NCBI GenBank assembly: GCA_977017575.1
Contig: CDRNVI010000053.1
Coordinates: 372,001 to 436,000 of the forward strand
Direction of reading: 5' to 3'
Length of the DNA stretch: 64,000 bases
Source of the DNA: Paramoeba atlantica
Taxonomy: Eukaryota; Protista; Discosea
Shown: one piece after another, positions 42,999 through 52,212 of the stretch
Layout of the letters: every line of letters starts with the position of its first letter
Numbering within the stretch: position 1 is the first letter of the stretch
Program-made: the position numbers and the translations under genes
Notes under the pieces: model-generated
Told to the model about the DNA's origin: nothing
The model's input: only the letters and a program-made list of their open reading frames with translations
Databases searched by the model: none

Positions 42999-45563
42999 AT
43001 GTTCGTATCTCTAATGTATAGAACATATAGAAAAAGCGTTCAAACTCGCCTTGACGATAAAATAGATCTGATTTCTTTGTTCGAATCTAAAGCAAAACTT
43101 CGGAACTTTGAGCAGGTGTCTACTCGAAACGTTATGCCTGGTACTGAAGATTGCGCCGCGCCTAACGCACAACAGGCTTTTGAACACATCAGGAAGGAGT
43201 TTAGCGTGAGAAACGACCAAAATAATATGCCGTTTTGCGGTAAGACGCTGCGAATTGCAAGGGAATCTTGTCTCAAGGCCGTAGGAGAGTGTACTAACAA
43301 TGCTGTAGAAAGACAATATAACAACACGTCAAAAAGTAGAAAAATGTCTGATATGTTCGTACACTCTAGCGATGCCAAGATGGGTAGTACAAAGCCATGT
43401 ACCAGCAGTTCTAATACGGAGAAGGCTTTTGCAATTCGTGATAATGTAAATGGAAAGATATTGAATTCGCAAACTGTGCAACACACTGTGTCTGAAAAAA
43501 GGTTTTCAAAAGAACTGACTGAGGTTTTTTCTACTGTGAAAAGGAATGTTGAAAAGCAAAATAATGTCCGCGAGTACAATGTTATACTACTTAACTGCCT
43601 AAAGAATCAGATAATGCCTGCGCAACAAACTTTACTTGAACGATCGGTGAAGAAAGCGCGTACTTTGTATTCAAAGAACAAACAAGAAAAGGTATTGAAT
43701 CTATTACCTGAGGCTGAGTGGCGTTCAATGAAGAGTCTTCCGAATGACCATACATTAGATTTAGAAACGGGTCGCCTATGCAATATCTCCCGCTCTTTTC
43801 AAAGGACTCGTTCAACGTGTCAGAGGACCGAAATAGCAGATGTTCAAATTAACGAAATTACTAGCAACGGAAAAATAGTATTTTCGCCGTCTAATGATAA
43901 TACTCGAAGTGTGGTACCGGCTAGTGAGAACCATCGATATCTCTTATGCGTCTTACATGGTACGGGCAAAGGTACTACACAAGCCATAGAAACGTTGTCC
44001 AGCGTTTTCCGGATTTCAAAAGAGCGGTTTTCGACTACACAGCTTCACGAACGTAATGTTGTTTTCTCGCAGCTAATTTCTATTGAATTTAAGCAACCCG
44101 CTGATAAATTCGTCACACTTGTGAAACGTATCAATAACTGTCAAACTCACCTAATAAAGCTTTGTCCTTTTTCTTGGGAAAGAAATAAACTGCAGGTCGG
44201 AAATTTAAAAGGAAATTATTACTCACTGCTTCTTCGCCATTTCAAGGACAGGACATCAACTCTGGAGCGTCATGTTTCAACTTTGGGCTCAAATGGATTT
44301 ATTAACTATTTCAGTCAGCGTCGATTTGGGTTTTGTTCCTTTGGAAACCATCTAATTGGTCTTTGTGTAGCACGGAAAGACTTTGAGACGGCTTTAACAA
44401 TGATAGTGCAAAATGAAGCCGAGCGTATTGGAACGACAGATGTTCAGTCGATATTTTCTCGTCATCCATGGGTGCAACAGTTTACCTCTGTTCTATGTGA
44501 CAAAAAAGAGGGTGAAAATATTCTGGAATCAATTTATCATAGTCTTCCGATTTCGGAACGAATGTTACATTTTACGGCGCTTAGGAGTTATCTGTGGAAT
44601 TTATTGGCATCTTGCCGATACAGCGCTGCGTTGGTTGACTCTACAAGTGCCTGTGTAGGTGACCTCATTGGTGGCGACAGCCCTGGGATGAGCGCCGTTT
44701 CGTGGGAAAATGTCGATTCTGAAACACCTACTCTAAACAACCACGACAATGTCCATAATCTCCTAGCTCAGCGGTTTCCCAGAGACACAGTGAATTCTAA
44801 ACTTATTACAGAAGTGGATTCTCAAGATCTGGCCACGACCACCAGTATTGAGCAAGTTCTCGTGGCAATACCGTTGAATCCATCCTCACCTTGTTGCTCC
44901 CTTGAAAAAGAAATGTGCAAATCCTTACATATCCGTAAAGGTAATCTTTTACGAAATTTTGGTCTTACTGAAATATTGCGTTCCAAAGATTGCAATGCAG
45001 AATATCGCTACATTATAGCTCGTCCACGAAAATATAGTATCTTTGTAATACCGGAAAGTGAAAAATTAGAGTCAAGTATCCGATTGCGCTCCGATCAAAA
45101 TATCGCATGCACGTCCGAACCACTGCTGTCGCGTACAGAACTCGCCGGTTCACTTCTATCCCTTCGTTTATTTTCTTCATGTTGTCGGGCAGCAAGAGCG
45201 AAGACAACACTTTACGGTTCGTATGCCAGAAGAGGAACTCGAGCTGCAGCTATTGGTTTCATGTTACCTTATCCATCTATGTGCTCTGCCGCCCTTCGAG
45301 AAGTCGTCCGTTTTAAGCGACAAGTACAAAGGTGGCCAGTATGTGGTGCTGAAGGTGATCACGAAGAACCGGCGCAGAGGCCCGTTCGGTTGCGGGAGGT
45401 TGCTAATCTTGACCAACAAGAAGACGTACGCCACGAAGGTGACTACTTGAAGATAGGGTTTCATAGAAAGAGTTTAAGAAATGCTACAAATCAAAAGCTC
45501 ACGGGGACACATCGAGATAAGCTGAAGAAAAAGTTTGAATGGGATGTTGACAAATTGAGTTGA
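42999..45563 (+). CDS. TruD/PUS7-family protein, probably catalytically inactive
   Basis: LQVGNLKGNYYSLLLR, GFINYFSQRRFG, LHFTALRSYLWNLLAS.R. The catalytic GxKD motif reads QLHE. Confidence 0.8.
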   Translation: MFVSLMYRTYRKSVQTRLDDKIDLISLFESKAKLRNFEQVSTRNVMPGTEDCAAPNAQQAFEHIRKEFSVRNDQNNMPFCGKTLRIARESCLKAVGECTNNAVERQYNNTSKSRKMSDMFVHSSDAKMGSTKPCTSSSNTEKAFAIRDNVNGKILNSQTVQHTVSEKRFSKELTEVFSTVKRNVEKQNNVREYNVILLNCLKNQIMPAQQTLLERSVKKARTLYSKNKQEKVLNLLPEAEWRSMKSLPNDHTLDLETGRLCNISRSFQRTRSTCQRTEIADVQINEITSNGKIVFSPSNDNTRSVVPASENHRYLLCVLHGTGKGTTQAIETLSSVFRISKERFSTTQLHERNVVFSQLISIEFKQPADKFVTLVKRINNCQTHLIKLCPFSWERNKLQVGNLKGNYYSLLLRHFKDRTSTLERHVSTLGSNGFINYFSQRRFGFCSFGNHLIGLCVARKDFETALTMIVQNEAERIGTTDVQSIFSRHPWVQQFTSVLCDKKEGENILESIYHSLPISERMLHFTALRSYLWNLLASCRYSAALVDSTSACVGDLIGGDSPGMSAVSWENVDSETPTLNNHDNVHNLLAQRFPRDTVNSKLITEVDSQDLATTTSIEQVLVAIPLNPSSPCCSLEKEMCKSLHIRKGNLLRNFGLTEILRSKDCNAEYRYIIARPRKYSIFVIPESEKLESSIRLRSDQNIACTSEPLLSRTELAGSLLSLRLFSSCCRAARAKTTLYGSYARRGTRAAAIGFMLPYPSMCSAALREVVRFKRQVQRWPVCGAEGDHEEPAQRPVRLREVANLDQQEDVRHEGDYLKIGFHRKSLRNATNQKLTGTHRDKLKKKFEWDVDKLS

Positions 45564-45851
45564 TTTTCCCACATAGCGGTGAAGCGAGCTGTGTTGTCTT
45601 TTATTATAAAAGACCTATACAATATAGGTGGTGAGAATTTATTCCCAGGTTCCCGGGCGAAACGCTTCCTTTATAAAGTTTACTTTCCAATTTTTACAGA
45701 TTTTATTTGTCCAATATATTTGCTTCTCCAATTCGAGTACCCCCCACTAATAGTGCCGTTCGGCTAATACCTGGGGTACGATAAGTGGGGCTCAGCATAT
45801 CAACTTGATAGTGATAACGATTGACTAGCCGTTATTGTGTACAAGTTAAAT

Positions 45852-47348
45852 ATGCTGTTTAGGAGAAGGCTCTTGCATTCAAAAAGTTGTATCTTTGATA
45901 TCTGTCTCGTGGGAGGTGGTGTAGTTGGCGCAACTTTATTCGCTGCGCTGTCAAGATATCCAGAGTTTCGTAATCTTCGCGTTTGTATGATTGATGACGG
46001 GAACAGAGAGCGCGTTCTTTCTTTTGGTGTCGAAAATTCCGAGTATACTGAACTCCGAACTGTGGCACTTTCACCTGCTTCAGAGAATGTAATAAATAAC
46101 GTTTATGGAAAGGCTAAGAGCATCCAAGATTTAGGAAGTAGTTTTAAGGACCATGTTTCACTATTAGACACTCTGCCGATTTGTCGATATTCGCATCTTA
46201 CCGTCAGAGACACCGCAAAGAAAGTCATGACTCTCCCTGGAAAAGGTTGTGTGATCGGCATAACCGCTTTACAAAACTCCTTATTTAAGGCTATGGAAGA
46301 AATTTCCCATACACCGAACGGTTTCTCTAGCATTGGAAAGAAAATACATGACCATGAAAAAGACCAAGTTCGCGAGAAACCACCAAGCTCTCAATATCAT
46401 GATCGCGCAGTTTGGATGAACGGATGTGTAACGCGAGTTGTTCTTCCGTCCGAAACCACAGGCACAGCCACAATACAGTACCGATCGAACACCGACAGAG
46501 TGCAATGCAAAATTACACCACACAAACGTGATTTTATGAGTGAACGCGAAATTCGGGCAAAATTAGTCGTCGGATGCGATGGAATTCGTTCGCTTGTAAA
46601 AACTGCATTGGGGAATACAGTGGTAATGCTTGACTACAACCAGCGAGCGTGCGTGTTTTCTGTACTGTTGGATTCTCATGCCGCTAATGCTGAAAGAAAT
46701 TCGATATGCTATCAGAATTTTTTGCCCAACGGTTCTATTGTGGGAATGCTGCCTACTGGAAACCATTCGGCAAACATTATTTACTCCACCAATACGCTAG
46801 AAGCGCGAAAACTAGAAGCCACTGATGGAGAGGCGAAGATTATTGATGTTTTAAATGCGTCACTGTGCGATCTTGCTCCGCGCGACATTCCACGCATAAC
46901 CGGATTGCAGAAAGATCAGAGTCCGAACCCGTACCACGGACAATACAAAGTTTCCTTTCCTTTGGCAATGATGAAAGTGTCAAAGCCTTACGGACCCAAT
47001 GTCCTTTTAGTTGGTGACGCGGCACGTGCAGTGCATCCACTTGCAGGGCAGGGGCTTAATCTTGGCCTGTACGATGCCGTAGCTTTTCTCAAAGGCCTCG
47101 CCGAAACAATATTCGTAGGCGGTGATCTGAGCAAAGAGGTTGGACCCCGATACACTTCAAATATTAAGTGCTCGTCTTACGTGATGGAAGCAGCTATTGA
47201 AGCGACTCGTATTGGTCTATCTAGTAATAATTTTTGGGTAAAGCACGTGCGTTCTATCGGGATGGAGATGTTTAACCATAGTCCACTGTTACAGAGGTCT
47301 GTTGTAGCTTTGGCATCTGGAAAGCACAGCAATACTACCCTTTTTTAG
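45852..47348 (+). CDS. COQ6: Ubiquinone biosynthesis monooxygenase COQ6/UbiH
   Basis: DICLVGGGVVG, LVVGCDGIRS.VK, DYNQRA, VLLVGDAARAVHPLAGQGLNLG. ATG is 45852. Confidence 0.88.
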   Translation: MLFRRRLLHSKSCIFDICLVGGGVVGATLFAALSRYPEFRNLRVCMIDDGNRERVLSFGVENSEYTELRTVALSPASENVINNVYGKAKSIQDLGSSFKDHVSLLDTLPICRYSHLTVRDTAKKVMTLPGKGCVIGITALQNSLFKAMEEISHTPNGFSSIGKKIHDHEKDQVREKPPSSQYHDRAVWMNGCVTRVVLPSETTGTATIQYRSNTDRVQCKITPHKRDFMSEREIRAKLVVGCDGIRSLVKTALGNTVVMLDYNQRACVFSVLLDSHAANAERNSICYQNFLPNGSIVGMLPTGNHSANIIYSTNTLEARKLEATDGEAKIIDVLNASLCDLAPRDIPRITGLQKDQSPNPYHGQYKVSFPLAMMKVSKPYGPNVLLVGDAARAVHPLAGQGLNLGLYDAVAFLKGLAETIFVGGDLSKEVGPRYTSNIKCSSYVMEAAIEATRIGLSSNNFWVKHVRSIGMEMFNHSPLLQRSVVALASGKHSNTTLF

Positions 47349-48199
47349 CAAGTGTTCCTCTGATATTAGTAGTTCATCTATAGTATGGATACGGGACTGC
47401 GTTAGTCTCCTCAGACTACACATCCATCTGTACGATTGGTCCCAGCTAAACGTTTCATGGTAATTTTTTCAACTAGTTAGAGAAGTCATGCGCAATTGTC
47501 ATGTGCATCAGTGTGTATATGCACTATGCGTCCCCAGCATGTGCCGTATTGCAATGTCTCCCTACTTGAATGTTCGTCTATTTTGTACCTTTAGCCTCTT
47601 AAATAGGGGGTCAAATAAAAATCAAAATTCTTCAAAGCACACATACTAGCAACCAAAATAGTAGATATTCTGAAGTACATAGTAGGCACAGTATCCTGAC
47701 ATCATAGAGGGGGGGGGGCAACGCGTCTGTGGTGATTGGCAGAATATGGCAGAATTCGAAAGTGAACCACAAAAAAATTTCGGCGCCGCTGCGCGGCGCC
47801 TATGTTTTTCCCCCTTATGTGTTGTATTCGTAGCGTGTGGCGTATGGACAGAATTGGTGGTGGTGCTAAAGCTGCAAAATGACTCATCTGGTAAATATTT
47901 TACGTAAAAAATTCACTATCCTGAATTGGTTTCTTCTAATATTTACAAAAATCGTTTTTTTTTAGAATTTTAAATCCTTCTATTTCACCTTACAAACGTG
48001 TAGCATTGATAGAATATTACGTACTTGAGATCAAAAACCTTTTGATAATACTCGATATACCACGTTATCGATTGAAGGCACTCCTGTACTACCGTGGGCA
48101 CAATTTTGTTGCCAAAGATCAGACACTCGCTTTCACCTGCAAAGCAGCAAGCTTGAGTAGAATTTTGTACCGCAATGTTGCAAGAAAATGGAGAGAGTA

Positions 48200-49263
48200 C
48201 AGTAAACGTCACTATTCTGAGAGTCGCTAAAAATGAGAATTGGGCTGTCAACGTACAACTGGCTAAAATGAGAATGCACCTTGGAAAATGAGAATGGAGC
48301 TTCGGTCATGTGACAACGGTCAATTCAATTTTACACTCAAAGATGAGAATTGAAAAAAACGCTTTCGTTCCCTCACTGATTATTAATCAGTGATTAACTC
48401 ACTGCTTCATCTTCGCTCACTGGAGAGTATGCGAGAGATCAGTGAAAATCACTGGGGATACCGTATACTCCCCCAGTAATGGACCCCCCAGTAGCAGATA
48501 TTTCGCCATTTTTGGGCCGGCACACAGTAACAAGGATTTGTCTCGGGGGGGGGGGGGGGGGGGGTTGGAGGGGGGGTGTCTGGACGGGATGAGGGTGGTT
48601 GTGCAGTAGCGAATCGCGTGGTTTCGGGGTTGGCTGGACAGCAAATCAACGCACTCATGAACGAAAAAGGCCTTTGCCCACCCAGCAACGAAAAAGCATA
48701 CCCCACCCAGCAACAAGGATTTGGCCTTTATGGTCCAAAATCGATTCTATTACTGGGGGGGTATAGGTAGGTAGAGATAGATGGGGGTCACAGAGGATCA
48801 CTTGAGATCATTTTTATCGTTGTCCCTTCTCTTCTTCCATTCATGAAAGGCATATAAATGTCTGTGAGACCAAAAAAAGAAAAGAAAACACTGATTTAGG
48901 TGACTACGAGTAATGAAACTTTGTTTTTCTGAAAACAAAACGCTAATACACAAAAGGAAAACTGGCGCTGTTTGACTGCGCGGTGTTCTTCTGATAGAGC
49001 GGGGACTCCGCAAACCAAGGAGATAGTTGGAGATCTCTGGGGGTCGTTTTTGTGCACCCAAAGCGTCCTGTTGCTCCGCTGCTAACATTTTTCTTGCAAA
49101 ACGTTTTCTTTTTTAAAAATGAGAATTATGATTTGACCTCATAAAAAAGTGCCTGTCAACGTTCAATAGACCAATTCTGAGAATAGTGACGAAAAACGAC
49201 AAAAAAGCCGTTTTTTCTGTGTCAACGTACAACTGAGTATTCTGAGAATAGTGACGTTTACTG
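48200..49263. mobile_element. Non-autonomous TA-target element (1064 bp), pogo/Tc1-like ends
   Basis: TA|CAGTAAACGTCACTATTCT ... AGAATAGTGACGTTTACTG|TA. Subterminal repeats AAAATGAGAAT (several) and GTCAACGTACAACTG at both ends. Confidence 0.9.
48468..48761. mobile_element. Nested mini-MITE (294 bp)
   Basis: TA|CTCCCCCAGTAAT ... ATTACTGGGGGGG|TA (12/13 TIR). Internal direct repeat AG(T/C)AACAAGGATTT. Confidence 0.55.
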
Positions 49264-51695
49264 TAATGGTTTATTTTTTCAGCGTCTTGTTTTTTTCCGA
49301 CGAAGCGTGGATGGAAGCGGGGGATTGGTCACGGGGTGCATGGCAAAGCGAGCAAGACCGTATTCCCATGGACTCATCATCCTAGAAAGCTCATGATATG
49401 GGATGCCATAAATCAGCAAGGAACAATTTTACGGCACCGGTGCGATTTTTCTGCGTTTTATGCTGAAAAAGCCACCCGTTTACTATCTCCTGGAAAAAGA
49501 CGAGAACGGTTTCCAAAGGAGCTAAAGTTTGGATCCCTGTACTATCGCAGACAAGTTTTGTCCAGTATTTGGCTTCCCTACAGTAATGACCACGGAAATT
49601 CAATACTGTTAGATGACGGCGCCCCAGCTCACCGAGCAAAAAGACTCAAGACTGGTTCTCGATTATGTACGCCTCTAGAGATGAAGTTCCCTATCTATCA
49701 ATATCAAAGCCCATATGGAAGAGTTTTGCCACCGTGGCCTTCTGACTCTCCGGATCTGAATCCGATTGAGGACCTGTGGTCTAACATGAAACTTTATAGA
49801 AATACGAAATGCCCAATGACCATATCCCAAATTAAAAAAGTTTGCTAAGAGTAAATGAAATTTCCGGACACACTGGCACTTTGTTCAAAATTTCACTTGA
49901 GTTTTAAAAAGCGCTTGGAAGTATGCGTGGCAGTAAAAGGGAAAAAAAATCCGTATTGAGAGCCTTTCCAGGGCAAGTTTCTGTTCTTGACATCCATCTG
50001 TTCTTGACATATTGTGTGTTGAGCAATAAATTGTGCTTCATCTAAATGTTTGTAAAAAAACAGGTAAAAATGCACTTCTCAATAAATAAAAATGGGTAAA
50101 ATCGTCAAAGTAAGGAAAAAAAAAGTAAAAAGGAAAAATTTACTTGAAAATACTTGAAATTTTCGATTTTTCTAGTACTTTTTTCTGCATTTAGTCAGTT
50201 TATTTAAGTGCAAAAATATTCTTCCCGGCAAGTCCTGGACGAGAGCAGCACGAATATGCATTTGTTTTCCCCCAACTCACTCAGATCTTTTGTGCAGAAC
50301 CGTTCAGAAACCCTATGATCGACTCTGTAACAACTTTGGATAGATGCAGTGTATCTACAATATTACACAAGGGCAAACTTCTCTTTAAGACTTTCTTATC
50401 TTATCTTACAGTCTCCATCGGGATCAGTAGAATTGAGTCCGTGTTGGGCCCCAACAATGGCACGAAGTTTCTTTCCCGCTTCGCTAATGAATCCATCCCG
50501 CACGTGCTCGGTGCCAAGCTACCCACCACGAAAGGAGATGAGGTCGAGTATCAACTTGGCGACACCCGCTTCGCGCAACACAAGCATGAACAAACGGTGA
50601 AAGTGAAGCATTATTTCACATAAAAAATATTTTGTTTTTGTAAATTTTTTTATGTGCTCTAGCTGTTGCCTTATTATATTTTCCGTGCATTGAAAGTGTT
50701 TTTCTGACATTTTTTTGCATACAGCTGCACTTTTTCGCCGTGACGGTACGCTTGTTAGTGGGGAAGAAGCGTGAGATAATCGGCTGAAGTTCGCCTGAGA
50801 AATTGTGATACTTAAGCTAAAGAGAGGAGAACAGGAAGATTATGCTCTCCGTCGCTTATTTTAGCACCTCAAACGGTATTGCGAGAACGTAGTAATCGTT
50901 CTTGAACAAGTGCAAGATAGTTAAATTTTTCTTTTTTGCTAGAATAGGGCGATAATAATGTTTTGAAAAAAGTGTGAAATAATGCTTCACTTTGACCGAA
51001 CAAACATATTTGCTCATCATTGCAATTCATATTCATTGCAATGAATGCTGCAAATACACCATAAGCATCCTCGGACCCAATCTGGAAAAAAAACGATGCT
51101 AGCAGGGAGCATGTAAAACCCGTAAATGCGAGGCACTCCGCATCATTCGTAATGGGAAAAATGGACATTGGTGAAGAAAACTATTTATGAGGATGCAAGA
51201 ACATAAATCCAAGAGTGGAAGGTGAAGGCAACAATACAAAAGTAATAAAAAACAGGAGAAAGGGAAAGATTTTTACGCAAAACAATATGCCCACCGAAAG
51301 AAATTTCGCCGGAGGGGTCACCCCCGGGTAGGGGGGTGGAAAATGCGCGCCAAGACCCCGGCTACTGCTTCTGATGGTTTTTTTCGAAAAATATTTTTCT
51401 CAAAAGAAATTTCGTGCGTTATGCCCCCCCTAGACCCCCCCTAAACCCCCTCCCGTAGCCCCCCCCCCCCATAGATCCCCCATTTTTTTCAATTTTTGAC
51501 CACCGGAGCGCCTTTTACATTTTTTTTCTATTTGTATTACTGTGTTCCTTTTTATATTTTTTCTTCGATTATATTACTGTGTTCCTTTTTATACAGTATT
51601 TTCCCTGTTTTTGTTCACTTTTTTTCAATAATCGAGGGTAGAGCGGTAGTTATACAACCACCGCAATAAGTTGATTTACCTTTATCCACTTAAAT

Positions 51696-52130
51696 GAAGA
51701 GGAAGACAGAAGAAGAAGACATGGAGGGCTCTGCAGCGCCAACCGTTAGGGCAGAGTCTCAGGTCACCGACCTTCATTGTCTTGCTACCCCCTTCCCAGG
51801 CGGCACTCGACGCCTTGCGGCCCGAGCACGGCTACCCAACCGTAGCTACCAGGACGGGCGTCCAACCCCGTTGCATCGTGTAGGCTGTATCTCAAGCCTC
51901 CTTTGCGTAAGCAGATCGCAATTTAGCGGCTGCGCTGGAGCCTGGTTCAGCTCGGAGGTTCCGGGTCGGTCCTCCAGGGGAGCGGAGCTGGGTGTGGTCC
52001 TTGAAGGCACTCCTGATCGCTTTCCCTTTGTAGTGAGGCCGCCAGGTTGCGAGTTTTGTCGATAGTGGGAATCGAACCAACAACCTGCAGGTTGTAAGGC
52101 CACCGCCTACGAACTACGCCCGCACCGCTT
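51696..52130 (-). mobile_element. Candidate tRNA-derived SINE (435 bp)
   Basis: Minus strand: GCGGGCGTAGTTC head, A-box-like TAGTTCGTAGG (52116-52106), B box GGTTCGATTCC (52078-52068), (TCT/CTT)n tail at 51696-51720. Exact 11-bp direct repeat TCCACTTAAAT at 51685-51695 and 52131-52141. Confidence 0.75.
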
Positions 52131-52176
52131 TCCACTTAAATACAATTCCACTTAAATACAATTGCGGTGGTTGCAT

Positions 52177-52212
52177 AACTATAAAGATACAATTTCTGTA
52201 CCCTGTTGGTAC
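52177..52212 (+). ncRNA. Spliced-leader (mini-exon)-like sequence with GT donor, probably a relic rather than a working SL RNA gene
   Basis: AACTATAAAGATACAATTTCTGTACCCTGTTG|GTAC. 18/22 identity to the kinetoplastid SL core CAGTTTCTGTACTTTATTG|GTA in exact register, and it starts with AACT. No recognisable SL intron or Sm site follows. Confidence 0.55.

Larger units (their letters stand above)
48006..49959 (+). pseudogene. Second Tc1-family transposase relic, split by a MITE insertion
   Basis: RNVARKWRE before the insert. After it: RLVFSDEAW (about 49285-49310), KLMIWDAI, LLDDGAPAHRA, WPSDSPDLNPIEDLW and C-terminal FKKRLEVCVAVKGKKNPY* ending 49959. Several frameshifts. TIRs not found. Confidence 0.85.

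Noticed and set aside
50869-51168. Minus-strand 99-aa ORF in the transposon cluster
   Set aside because: It starts with ATG but has no convincing motif and is AT-rich, so it cannot be supported as a gene.
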